Shown here: positions 26,535 to 35,947 of the stretch, one piece after another
How the letters are laid out: each line of letters starts with the position of its first letter
How positions within the stretch are numbered: position 1 is the first letter of the stretch
NCBI GenBank assembly: GCA_041500865.1
Contig: JBGQMY010000003.1
Span: 1-64,000 of the forward strand
Length of the DNA: 64,000 bases
Direction: 5' to 3'
Source: Candidatus Micrarchaeia archaeon
GTDB taxonomy: Archaea > Micrarchaeota > Micrarchaeia > Anstonellales > J096
Notes under the pieces: generated by a model
Databases searched by the model: none
Seen by the model: only the letters and a program-made list of their open reading frames with translations
What the model was told of the DNA's origin: nothing
Made by a program: the position numbers and the translations under genes

Positions 26535-27824
26535 CTAAGGCGAAATCCTTGTCCTGTCCCTTGGGAACAGCATGGCCTCCCTTATGTTAGGGAGGTTGAG
26601 CGCCTTCATAGTCAGCCTTTCAAGGCCAAGGCTCCAGCCTGCATGCGGCGGCGCCCCATAGCGGAATGAATCAATGTAGAACCCAAAATCCGCAGGCTCA
26701 AGGCCCCTTTTCTTTAGCTGCGTTTCAAGCATGGCAGGCACGTGAATCCTCTGCGCGCCGCTGCTTATCTCCAGGCCCTTGTACATTAGGTCAAACGACT
26801 TGCAGATTTCCGGGTTGTCCTCTTTGGGCATTGAGTAGAACGCCCTTATCGCTGTCGGGAACTCGCTTATGACATATGCGTCCTCGTTGAGTATCTCGAA
26901 TATCCTCTTCTCGTGCTCCTTTGAGAAGTCCTCGCCCCATTTGATTTTAACGTTATTTTCATTGAGCAGGTCTATCGTCTCTGTGTAGGTATACTCCTTG
27001 ACGTTTTTTACCTCATGGATTTCCGGGTTGACTGACTTGGCTGGCCCGAACTCGGACGCCTTCTTGATAATATACTTGAACGCGTCAACTAGGCATTTTA
27101 TGGCCATCTTGTCGTCGCAGAAGCCCATTTCGCAGTCCATCTGCACAATCTCGTTCAGGTGGTATATGGTGTTGTGCTTCTCTGCCCTGAACACGGGCAT
27201 CGTCATGAACACCTTTTCAAGGCCGCCGACAACTGCCATCTGCTTGTACAGCTGCGGGCTTTGCGCAAGGAAGGCCTTGTTCTCGAAATACTGGACCTCG
27301 AACACGTCCGCCCCGCCCTCGGTGGCGGCCCCTACAAGCGTAGTCGGATGGATTTCAACGAACCCGTTTGAGAGCATGAAGTCCCTGAACGCAGTGACTA
27401 TGACTGACTTTGTCCTGAATATTGAACTTACGCCTTCGCTCCTCAGGTCTATGAACCTGTAGTTGAGCCTTGTGTCTATCTCGGACGGAACGACCCCCGT
27501 AGGGTCAACAGGCAGCTTCCTTTCCACTTTTGAAAGCACGCTCATGTCGGAAAGGACTATTTCAACGCCGTCCGGCGCTATGCTGTTTTTTGAGACAATG
27601 CCTTCAACGAAAATTACGTCCTCCTTGTTTACGTTAGTTTTTGAAAAGACGTCATCGCCAACGTCGTTCTTCTTTGCAATGACCTGGACCTTCCCTGTCC
27701 AGTCCCTCAGAAGTATGAACGCAAGCTTGCCCATCCTCCTTGTTTCGTGCACGTAGCCGGAGACTGCAACCTTGGAACCGGGTTTCAGCTTGGCCTCGGC
27801 GACCGGGATACGGGACGACAGCAT
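26535..27824 (-). CDS. aspS: aspartyl-tRNA synthetase (archaeal type)
   Basis: LAQSPQLYKQ, FRAE, EISSGAQRIH, PPHAGWSLGLERL. Confidence 0.95.
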   Translation of the reverse strand: MLSSRIPVAEAKLKPGSKVAVSGYVHETRRMGKLAFILLRDWTGKVQVIAKKNDVGDDVFSKTNVNKEDVIFVEGIVSKNSIAPDGVEIVLSDMSVLSKVERKLPVDPTGVVPSEIDTRLNYRFIDLRSEGVSSIFRTKSVIVTAFRDFMLSNGFVEIHPTTLVGAATEGGADVFEVQYFENKAFLAQSPQLYKQMAVVGGLEKVFMTMPVFRAEKHNTIYHLNEIVQMDCEMGFCDDKMAIKCLVDAFKYIIKKASEFGPAKSVNPEIHEVKNVKEYTYTETIDLLNENNVKIKWGEDFSKEHEKRIFEILNEDAYVISEFPTAIRAFYSMPKEDNPEICKSFDLMYKGLEISSGAQRIHVPAMLETQLKKRGLEPADFGFYIDSFRYGAPPHAGWSLGLERLTMKALNLPNIREAMLFPRDRTRISP

Positions 27825-27828
27825 CTAA

Positions 27829-28167
27829 TCACAGCTTCTTTGGCGCTTGCCTCTTCTCCTCCTTTTTCTCCTCTTTCTTTTCCTCTTCCTTTATGAAGCC
27901 GTTCCTCTTGAGTATGTATTTCGGCTCAACGGCCATCATGATGTCCGCATCGCTGTATGCGTAGGCTATCACGGTAGCCTTCCTTTCGCCGGCATGCTGG
28001 TTTATGGACTTCAGCACAAGGGTGTCCGGAAGCACGCCAGTCTTCAGCACTATGGCCTCCTTGACCTCTTCCTTCTTTGGAGTCGTCTTCTCGTACGCTA
28101 TCTCAAAGACGAATTCCTTCCTCCCGATGACCTTGTTCTCAGATTTCGCTATTATGTCTATGTTCAT
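27829..28167 (-). CDS. rps24e: 30S ribosomal protein S24e
   Basis: ENKVIGRKE, TPKKEEVK, VEPKYILKRN. Confidence 0.9.
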   Translation of the reverse strand: MNIDIIAKSENKVIGRKEFVFEIAYEKTTPKKEEVKEAIVLKTGVLPDTLVLKSINQHAGERKATVIAYAYSDADIMMAVEPKYILKRNGFIKEEEKKEEKKEEKRQAPKKL

Positions 28168-28171
28168 GGAA

Positions 28172-28573
28172 TCAATCCCCCTTGAAGACGCGCACTATGG
28201 CCTTTCTGCCCATGGACTCCATGACTTCAACGTCCCTGCCTTCAACGACCTCTGCCTTGAGGTCTTCCGGAACGTATGCCTCGAACATCTCTAACGTGTC
28301 CTTGTTCATGAGCTGGACGGTGTCCCCGCTTACGCTTATGACCTGCGCATTGTACTTGTTTATTACGGGAACGTGGACTTCGCCGTCGCTGCTGGTAAGG
28401 AAGTTCTTCTTCTGCCCGTCAAAGATGCCTATTGCGACTATCCTCATCTTCGCCGCGCCGTGCTTGCCGGGCTTTGAGACGTCTATGCTCACGACCCTGC
28501 ACGGTATGTCGTCTATTATGATATACCTGCCGGGCTTTAGGTCCTTTGCCGAGCCGAAGTTGAAATCCGACAT
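28172..28573 (-). CDS. eif5a: translation factor aIF5A
   Basis: SKPGKHGAAK hypusine motif. Confidence 0.95.
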   Translation of the reverse strand: MSDFNFGSAKDLKPGRYIIIDDIPCRVVSIDVSKPGKHGAAKMRIVAIGIFDGQKKNFLTSSDGEVHVPVINKYNAQVISVSGDTVQLMNKDTLEMFEAYVPEDLKAEVVEGRDVEVMESMGRKAIVRVFKGD

Positions 28574-28614
28574 CCTAACACCAGTTTTTGCTAAAAAGGA
28601 AAGGGCTGAATCTT

Positions 28615-28923
28615 TCAGCCGAAAAGGTTCGCAAGGCCTGCCGCAGCCTCCTCTTCCTTCTTTCCCTCGTCCTTCTTCTCCTCCTTCGGCTTTTCCGCCG
28701 CAGGCGCAGCCGCAGCCGCAGGCGCAGCCGCAACCGCCGTTGCCGCCTTGAGAAGATCCTCGAAGTTCACGCCCTTGCAGGCGTCCGCGAGCACCTTTGC
28801 CCTGGCCTGGTCGGCTTCTGCGCCGGCCGCCTTCAGTATTGACACTATTCCGTCAGCGCTAACGTCCTTTCCCGCCCCGTGAAGGACGAGAACCGCATGC
28901 AAATATGGATCCACTTTTGTCAT
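28615..28923 (-). CDS. rpl12: 50S ribosomal protein L12 (P1)
   Basis: Ala-rich hinge, EEEAAAGLANLFG. Confidence 0.95.
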   Translation of the reverse strand: MTKVDPYLHAVLVLHGAGKDVSADGIVSILKAAGAEADQARAKVLADACKGVNFEDLLKAATAVAAAPAAAAAPAAEKPKEEKKDEGKKEEEAAAGLANLFG

Positions 28924-28941
28924 TTCAATCTACCTCTTTTT

Positions 28942-29886
28942 TTAGCCACCACTCTGTTTCTCAATTGACTTGAGAGCGTTACCCTGTGAAAATGCCTTTG
29001 CCAAAAGCTCAGGCATCACCCCTTCCGAATATGCCCCTGGATTCATCCCGATGCTCCTTCCCTGCCTCATCGCGTTCGTAAGCAGGAACGCCACGTTGGA
29101 TTCGGTCGGATAGCTGGCGTTTATGCTCATGCTGAAGCCCTGCGCAAGCGCCTCCTTGAGGCCTTCCGCAAGCTGCTCAGCCCCTAGCCCGAGCACGTCA
29201 GCATTGAAGATTATCTTTCCGTCAAACGCTTTCCATATGGTCAATCCGACCTTGAACGGCTTGATGCCCAGCATCTGGAGCGCCTGCACCTTTTCTTGCG
29301 TTAGCGTTGCGCCTTCCTTGGCCAGCACGCTGTCTGCCGAAACCGCTATCTTTCCCTTGTCGACTTTGACGTTCAGGCCGGCCTGTTTCAGCTGCGTGAG
29401 CGCAGGGCCAGGCGGCATGTCCGTCTCCCCTGCCGGTATCACTATGTCAAACGGCGCCTTGTCGCCCGGCTTTGCGGCAACGCTGAGCATGTTGCCCATG
29501 AACATGTTGCTTATCTCGTATGGCGAAAGCTCGTTCGCCGCTATCAGGGCGACCGGGAAGTTTATGTCCGCATAAAGCTCCTTGGGCGCATTGCACTGCT
29601 CGAGCGCCCTTTTCACTATCGCGAGCTTCGCTATTTTGAACAGTGCGCCGTGCTTTTCCTTCAGCTTCCTCCTTACCTGCTGCACGAGCTTGTCGGGCGT
29701 CTTGGAAAGGTTGAGCAGCACTATTATCTTCCTTTTCTTCAGCTCGTTGGCCATGTCCTTGACAGCGTTCTGCTTGTCCCTTATGGCCTTCCTCTCCTTC
29801 TTTTCTTTTGCAATGTCTTTGACTGCGCTTTGTTTGTCCGCTTTCTTCTCCTTCGTTTCCTTTGAACTTGAGACCTTGGCTGCCAT
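28942..29886 (-). CDS. rpl10: 50S ribosomal protein L10 (P0)
   Basis: AKPGDKAPFDIVIPAGET..PPGP, LGIKPFKVGL. Confidence 0.93.
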   Translation of the reverse strand: MAAKVSSSKETKEKKADKQSAVKDIAKEKKERKAIRDKQNAVKDMANELKKRKIIVLLNLSKTPDKLVQQVRRKLKEKHGALFKIAKLAIVKRALEQCNAPKELYADINFPVALIAANELSPYEISNMFMGNMLSVAAKPGDKAPFDIVIPAGETDMPPGPALTQLKQAGLNVKVDKGKIAVSADSVLAKEGATLTQEKVQALQMLGIKPFKVGLTIWKAFDGKIIFNADVLGLGAEQLAEGLKEALAQGFSMSINASYPTESNVAFLLTNAMRQGRSIGMNPGAYSEGVMPELLAKAFSQGNALKSIEKQSGG

Positions 29887-30519
29887 CTAGACCACCTTCT
29901 GCGGCTTGCCCATGCTGAGCTTGAAGTATACGCTCCTGACGTTGCCTGTCGGTATCTTCTTCGTGACTGCGTCGAAAATCGTCCTTGCGTTCGCCATTGC
30001 GTCATCTATCTCCATTTTCTCAGTCCCTATGGGCGCCTGCACCGTCGGCAGGTACTTCCCTTTCGTTTGGACCTGCACGTTGTTCCTCGTTCCGTCAATC
30101 GCCTTCTTCACGTCGCCCGGAATCGGTATCGGGTTCTTTCCCCTTGGGCCCAAAATCTTTGCCCAGTTCTTGGCAACCATGCCGATGAACTTCGGCTCAA
30201 CCAGGAACAGGTGGTCCTTTGCCAGCTTCTTCACTTCCTTTTTGCTGAAGGACTCAATCTGGTCTGCTGAGACCGTCGCTTCCGCGCCGGCCTTCTTTGC
30301 CTCGTGCACCGTAAGCTCGGAGCCTATGACAACGACCTTGTTCGGCTTGCCCTTGCCTTTCGGCAGCGGCAGGTTGACGTTGAGCCTGTTTTCCGGCTTT
30401 GAGAAGTCGATTGCCCTGAAGTTTATTATCATTTCCAGGGACTGCTCAAACTTCCGCTTGCCCTTTTCCTCGAGGGCCTTGGATATGCATTCCTTGACCT
30501 TTTCGTCTTTCCAGTCCAT
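29887..30519 (-). CDS. rpl1: 50S ribosomal protein L1
   Basis: KRKFEQSLEMIIN, LGPRGK.P, YFKLSMG. Confidence 0.95.
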   Translation of the reverse strand: MDWKDEKVKECISKALEEKGKRKFEQSLEMIINFRAIDFSKPENRLNVNLPLPKGKGKPNKVVVIGSELTVHEAKKAGAEATVSADQIESFSKKEVKKLAKDHLFLVEPKFIGMVAKNWAKILGPRGKNPIPIPGDVKKAIDGTRNNVQVQTKGKYLPTVQAPIGTEKMEIDDAMANARTIFDAVTKKIPTGNVRSVYFKLSMGKPQKVV

Positions 30520-30657
30520 GTTAATCTCCCTCCCACAACCCCAAAAAGAACCTCGTTCTTTTTCGCTGAAGCCTTTTTCAAAAAAAGGCTTCCTGTGGTT
30601 AAACGGGCATTAGGAGAGATTGAGCGAAAAGTTTAAAAATGGAGACGTTACCCTAGG

Positions 30658-30691
30658 CAGGCCCTTTTTCTTCGCAAAGAAAAAGCCCCTG
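30658..30691. repeat. palindromic intergenic repeat family 2 (CTTTTTCTT.GC.AAGAAAAAG)
   Basis: near-identical inverted copy at 35198-35230. Confidence 0.65.
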
Positions 30692-30711
30692 GGGAAAACG
30701 ACCCCTTTCCT

Positions 30712-31284
30712 TTATTCCTTGGCGCCGACCTGCTTCAGGAGATTGACTATTTCGGCGTTCCCATCGGATTCAGCATATATAAGTATAGTGTAACCGTTTT
30801 CGTCCTTTGCGTTGACGTCCGCGCCTTTGTCTATCAGCAGGCTAACTACATCAGTATGCTTCTTTACTACAGCCCACATGAGCGCGGTGTAACCGTGATT
30901 GGTTTTTGCGTTGACGTCCGCGCCTTTGTCTATCAGCAGCTTGGTGATATTAGTGTTCCCACCATATGCAGCCTGCATGAGCGCGGTGTAACCGTTTTCG
31001 TCCTTTGTGTTAACGTCCGCGCCTTTGTCTATCAGCAGGCTAACTACATCATTATTCCCAAAAGGTGCGGCATACATGAGCGCGGTCATGCCGGAACGAT
31101 CTGTTGCGTTGACGTCCGCGCCTTTGTTGATTAAACTTTTCGCAAGGGCAGTATCGTTATGTTGAGTAGCGTTCAGTAACTCTGCAGTGTAATTCTCCTG
31201 CCCTGTCGGTTGATTGTTTGTCTGTCCCAAGCACCCGAAAAGCAGTACTAATCCAAGAACGATTGCCAATATCGCAGTTCTCAT
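30712..31284 (-). CDS. ankyrin repeat lipoprotein
   Basis: signal peptide ending LLFG-C; near-identical 99-bp repeats. Confidence 0.9.
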   Translation of the reverse strand: MRTAILAIVLGLVLLFGCLGQTNNQPTGQENYTAELLNATQHNDTALAKSLINKGADVNATDRSGMTALMYAAPFGNNDVVSLLIDKGADVNTKDENGYTALMQAAYGGNTNITKLLIDKGADVNAKTNHGYTALMWAVVKKHTDVVSLLIDKGADVNAKDENGYTILIYAESDGNAEIVNLLKQVGAKE

Positions 31285-31328
31285 GCTTCCTATAATCTAA
31301 TATAAACATATAAATCCATTGTGCATGC

Positions 31329-31469
31329 CTATTTTAGCAACTTTGCGTATTTACCAAGGGCTTCCTCTTTGCTTATCAGCCTGTGCTTGCCTTCCTTGAG
31401 CTCCTGGTCCATCCTTTGCATTTTCAGGACCGCAAGGCAATCCTTACTTTCTTTATTTGACTTCTTCAT
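31329..31469 (-). CDS. truncated paralogue of antitoxin 37889-38170
   Basis: LAVLKMQRMDQELKEGKHRLIS vs LAAAKLQKMDEEIKSGKKRVLT. Confidence 0.5.
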   Translation of the reverse strand: MKKSNKESKDCLAVLKMQRMDQELKEGKHRLISKEEALGKYAKLLK

Positions 31470-31522
31470 CAACTCCTCTTTTTTGGCAATCCCTTTTAAA
31501 CCAAAGCCGGCAATGAAAATCC

Positions 31523-34114
31523 ATGCAGGCGCCAAGTGCCGGGCAGGCTTCGCAGCTTTCGTCTGAAACGCTCATCCGGATAGCCAGTATTGATGAAGCC
31601 CAGGCACTGAAGGCGCTGAACAGCAGGCCCGAAGGCCTTACCTCAAAAGAGGCAAAGGCAAGGCTCCTAAAATACGGGGAAAACAGGCCCATTGAAAGCA
31701 AAAGGAAGGGCATGCTCTCAAGGATAATCGACGTCCTCAAGGACCCGCTCATACTGCTTCTTTCCTTCATGGCAATCCTTTCCTTCCTGACCGGGGACAT
31801 GAAAGCCGCTGCCGTAATCGCGGCCATGGTTCTTATGAGCTCGGCATTGAGGATGTCGCAGGAGCTCAAGGCTGACAATGCGGCGGAAAAGCTCAAGGAG
31901 ATGGTGAAGACGACCGCGACCGTCCACAGGGACGGTGTAAAACAGGACATCCCCCTCCATCTTCTTGTCCCGGGCGACATCATCCACCTTTCGGCAGGCG
32001 ACCTTGTGCCTGCTGACGTCAGGATGATAAAGTCAAGGGACATCTTCGTCAACCAGTCCGCGCTTACCGGGGAGTCCCTGCCTGTGGAAAAGCACGCGCC
32101 GAAAATAACTCCGGGAAGCAACGCCCTTGAGCTTGGAAACATCTGCTTCATGGGGACAAACATCGAAAGCGGGATAGGCGACGCGGTTGTCGTTAACACC
32201 GGGACCAGGACGTATTTCAGCTCGATAGCGGAAAGCATAATGAAGGAAAGCCCAACCAGCTTCGAAACAGGCATAAGGAGCTATGCGATTTTCAACATCA
32301 AGCTCATCCTTGTCATGGCGCCGCTGGTGCTGCTGATAAACGGGATAACGAAAGGCGACTGGTTCGAGGCGTTCCTTTTCGCCCTTGCCGTGGTGATTGG
32401 GCTTGCGCCTGAAATGATGTCGATGATAGTCAACGTCACGCTTGCGAACGGCGCGAACAGGATGGCCGAGAAGAAGGTCATAATAAAGAGGCTGCATTCC
32501 ATACAGGACCTTGGCGCGATGGACGTCCTTTGCACAGACAAGACAGGGACGATAACCGAAGGGAGAATCGTCCTGGAAAAGCACCTGGATGTCGAAGGGA
32601 ACGAGAACAACTTCAGGGTCCTTGAATACGCGTATCTCAACAGCGTCTACCAGACCGGCATGAAAAACGTGATGGACGATGCAATCCTCAAGCATGCCGA
32701 GCTTGAGCCAAAGCTGAAGGCAAGGCAGAACTTCAAAAAGATAGACGAGGTCACGTTTGACTTCGAAAGAAGAAGGATGAGCGTCATTGTCCAGGAGGGC
32801 GACAAAAACCCGCTGCTGATATGCAAGGGCGCGGTCGATGAGGTGCTAAGCGTCTGCGATTTGGCGGAAATGGGGGGGCGGAAGTTCAAGCTGGAGAAAG
32901 GGCACCTAATCAAGGCAAAGGGGATAGTGGATGGATTAAACAGCCAGGGGTTCAGGGTAATCGCGGTCGCATACAAGGAAACGGAAAAGGCGAAGAAGGC
33001 GTACAAAGTGGCGGACGAGTCCCGTCTTGTGCTTTCGGGCTTCATAGCCTTCCTTGACCCGCCCAAGGCATCGGCCATAGAGGCGATAAGGGAGCTGCAT
33101 GAGCACGGGGTCCATGTGAAAATCCTGACCGGCGACAGCGAGCTTGTCACGAAAAACATCTGCTCGAAGGTCGGGATACATGCCGAAAGGTTCCTTCTTG
33201 GAAATGACATAGAGAAGATGAACGACGAAAGGCTGGGGAAGGAGGTCGAGCATATCTCCATTTTCGCAAAGCTGCTGCCCAAGCACAAGGAGCGGATAAT
33301 AAACGCTCTGAGGAAAAACGGCCACGTGGTCGGCTTCCTTGGGGACGGCATAAACGACGCGCCGGGCCTGAGGGCGTCCGACGTCGGAATCTCGGTCGAT
33401 ACGGCCGTGGACATAGCAAAGGAAACGTCAACAGTGATACTTCTGGAAAAGGACCTCACTGTCCTTGCCGAAGGGATAAGGCAGGGGAGGGGCGTGTTCG
33501 GGAACATCACCAAATACCTGAAGATGGCCGCAAGCTCCACGTTCGGCAACATGTTCAGCGTCGTCGGCGGAAGCATATTCCTGCCGTTCCTTCCGATGCT
33601 GCCCATACAGATACTGGTGAACAACCTATTGTACGACTTTTCGCAGACGACGATACCAAGCGACGGGGTTGACAGGGAATGGCTCAAGAAGCCCAGGAAA
33701 TGGACCCTTGACAATATCAAGAAGTTCATCTTCATCATAGGGCCAATAAGCTCCATCTTTGACTTTCTTACGTTCTTCGCGATGTTTTACGTGTTCAACG
33801 CATGGGCCAGCCCCGCGCTTTTCCAGACAGGGTGGTTCATAGAGTCGCTTTTCACCCAGACGCTGATAATACACGTCATAAGGACGAACAAAATACCGTT
33901 TTTGCAGAGCAGCGCAAGCTGGCAGGTGATAATCTCCACTTCGCTTGTGTGCCTTATCGGCGTTGCGCTTCCTTATTCGCCCATAGGCCCCGCATTGGGG
34001 TTCGTGCCTCTGCCAAGCGGCTATTGGGTTTTCCTTGGCATCACCATAGCGGCTTACCTGACGCTCACGCAGCTGATAAAGTCGTGGTTCGTGAAAAGGT
34101 TCGGGGAGGATTAG
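31523..34114 (+). CDS. mgtA: magnesium-translocating P-type ATPase
   Basis: TGES, PEMM, DKTGT, TGD, GDGINDAP, KYLKMAASSTFGNMFS. Confidence 0.93.
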   Translation: MQAPSAGQASQLSSETLIRIASIDEAQALKALNSRPEGLTSKEAKARLLKYGENRPIESKRKGMLSRIIDVLKDPLILLLSFMAILSFLTGDMKAAAVIAAMVLMSSALRMSQELKADNAAEKLKEMVKTTATVHRDGVKQDIPLHLLVPGDIIHLSAGDLVPADVRMIKSRDIFVNQSALTGESLPVEKHAPKITPGSNALELGNICFMGTNIESGIGDAVVVNTGTRTYFSSIAESIMKESPTSFETGIRSYAIFNIKLILVMAPLVLLINGITKGDWFEAFLFALAVVIGLAPEMMSMIVNVTLANGANRMAEKKVIIKRLHSIQDLGAMDVLCTDKTGTITEGRIVLEKHLDVEGNENNFRVLEYAYLNSVYQTGMKNVMDDAILKHAELEPKLKARQNFKKIDEVTFDFERRRMSVIVQEGDKNPLLICKGAVDEVLSVCDLAEMGGRKFKLEKGHLIKAKGIVDGLNSQGFRVIAVAYKETEKAKKAYKVADESRLVLSGFIAFLDPPKASAIEAIRELHEHGVHVKILTGDSELVTKNICSKVGIHAERFLLGNDIEKMNDERLGKEVEHISIFAKLLPKHKERIINALRKNGHVVGFLGDGINDAPGLRASDVGISVDTAVDIAKETSTVILLEKDLTVLAEGIRQGRGVFGNITKYLKMAASSTFGNMFSVVGGSIFLPFLPMLPIQILVNNLLYDFSQTTIPSDGVDREWLKKPRKWTLDNIKKFIFIIGPISSIFDFLTFFAMFYVFNAWASPALFQTGWFIESLFTQTLIIHVIRTNKIPFLQSSASWQVIISTSLVCLIGVALPYSPIGPALGFVPLPSGYWVFLGITIAAYLTLTQLIKSWFVKRFGED

Positions 34115-34597
34115 TCATTCAAACCTTTTCAGCGCATATTCCGCGCCGCTCTTTTCCAGCACGCACTCGAAATAGTGCTTGCCCCTGTTGACTATCATCC
34201 GCTCTATTATATGGACGTCGCTCGGGATTATGCGGCCCTTCATTTCCGCCATCTTTCCAAGAGGATACCAGCCAAGCTTGCCTTCTGTTTCGGCCGATAT
34301 CTCGGTTGTTTCTGGGGAAAGCTCGCACACGTTGAGCAGGAAGTGCTGGACAACTGCGCCGTTCTCGACAAGGTGCTCCGAGACCAGGCCAAGATGGGAC
34401 TTGAACACTGCCCTTATGCCGGACTCCTCGAAGATTTCCCTCACTGCGGCATCGGAAACATGCTCGCCCTTTTCCACCTTGCCTCCCGGAAGCCCGAGAA
34501 GGCCCACGTAGTCGCCCTTCTTCCTCTGGAGAAGCAGTATGTTCCTGTCATTGTCTATGAGAGCGGAAATGGCAATCGGAAGAGGATATTCTGGCAT
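34115..34597 (-). CDS. NUDIX hydrolase
   Basis: GGKVEKGE...AAVREIFEESGI. Confidence 0.9.
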   Translation of the reverse strand: MPEYPLPIAISALIDNDRNILLLQRKKGDYVGLLGLPGGKVEKGEHVSDAAVREIFEESGIRAVFKSHLGLVSEHLVENGAVVQHFLLNVCELSPETTEISAETEGKLGWYPLGKMAEMKGRIIPSDVHIIERMIVNRGKHYFECVLEKSGAEYALKRFE

Positions 34598-34667
34598 GAT
34601 TCAGTATTGAGAATAAACAAATATAAAACAGTATGAAAAATGGATTTTGGCAATGAAAAAATGCCCC

Positions 34668-35078
34668 TTATTTGGCGCCATGCTCTTTGAGGAAGGCAAT
34701 GGCCTTTTCTAGGGATTCATATCTTGGATTTGGAATGCGCCTGTCATCCGGCTGCTCCGAACGCAAATGCTCAAGCTCGCGCAAGTTGCCAAGCGGTGTG
34801 CCGGCAGTGCAAATGGTTTTTGGGATGTGTAACAGGGCTTCTTTTGCATTCTCCAGCACGGTCATCTCTTCTTCATCCACGGCATTGGGGTCTGCCCCTT
34901 TCCGGATGAGGCACTCGACTTCCTTATAATCGTAATTCTGGACTGCTTTAATCAGTTTCTTGTTTCTGTGATTCTCAACTACCGCCTTGAATTTCTCTAA
35001 TATGCCGCGAGGACTGGGTTTGTACTGTTCATTAACCTGCCTGCCAATCTTGCTCGGCTCGACTACTGTGCCGTTCAT
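34668..35078 (-). CDS. short ankyrin-containing protein
   Basis: LIKAV...VECLIRKGADPNAVD...T.L; ends FLKEHGAK. Confidence 0.7.
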   Translation of the reverse strand: MNGTVVEPSKIGRQVNEQYKPSPRGILEKFKAVVENHRNKKLIKAVQNYDYKEVECLIRKGADPNAVDEEEMTVLENAKEALLHIPKTICTAGTPLGNLRELEHLRSEQPDDRRIPNPRYESLEKAIAFLKEHGAK

Positions 35079-35231
35079 GTGATATACGATGTATGCAAAT
35101 GCTTAAATACTGATAATGCGCTGACGGTTGATACAAGAGAAGAATGCCCTTTATTTGGCGTCGGTTTTTCCCTGGGCCAAAACGATTTCTTTTTCCGCAG
35201 GCGCTTTTTCTTTGCAAAGAAAAAGGGCCTT

Positions 35232-35304
35232 TGGGGTAACCCGGATTTGAACCGGGATCACAAGCTCCCAAAGCTCGCAGGCTACCAGGTTGTCCCATTA
35301 CCCC
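35232..35304 (-). tRNA. tRNA-Pro(TGG)
   Basis: GGGGTAA/TTACCCC acceptor, CGAGC-TT-TGG-GA-GCTTG. Confidence 0.9.
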
Positions 35305-35351
35305 CTGAAAGGATGGGCATGCAAGAGTTTTAAATGCCTTGTCCCCGGCTG

Positions 35352-35915
35352 TCACAAACCGGCGCATTCCGCAAAATCCAGGATAAACCGCTTATGCCCG
35401 ATGCCGATTAAGCTTTCAAGCGGCTTTATTGCATCCATGATTGCCACAACGCCCCTGTATCCGCGCGTTATCATATGACGCCTGGTTGTTTGCCAGTATT
35501 CTCTTCTTGCATTACCTTTGAAATTCGCGCCTTTGCTTAGCAGCAGCGCGAACGTTCTTGCATTCCCATGCGCAAAGGCCAGCATGAGCGCGGTTATGCC
35601 CTGGTCGTTTCTTGCATTGATTTTTGCGCCCCTTTCCAGCAGCATGGAAACCGTTTCCGTCCTTCCGTTGGATGAGGCGAACATCAGCGGGGTCGTGCCT
35701 GCAATGCTCCTTGACTCAATGCCGATTCCGGCCTTCAGCAGCCTCATTATCCTTTTGGTTTTGCCTGTCCTTGCAGATTCTCCCAGAATGTTTTCCAGCC
35801 GCTTTACCTTTGCATTTTTGGATTCCGCGTTTTCTTGGCCCAGCTTATGGGCGGCAAGAAAAGACGCAATTGACCTTGCTGCGCGGATTGCGCGCCCCGT
35901 TGCATTTATCTGCAT
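35352..35915 (-). CDS. ankyrin repeat protein, C-terminus CAGL
   Basis: GTTPLMFASSNG, GITALMLA. Confidence 0.85.
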   Translation of the reverse strand: MQINATGRAIRAARSIASFLAAHKLGQENAESKNAKVKRLENILGESARTGKTKRIMRLLKAGIGIESRSIAGTTPLMFASSNGRTETVSMLLERGAKINARNDQGITALMLAFAHGNARTFALLLSKGANFKGNARREYWQTTRRHMITRGYRGVVAIMDAIKPLESLIGIGHKRFILDFAECAGL

Positions 35916-35947
35916 GGCTCAACTGTTCGCAAAAAGAGGTTAAAACA

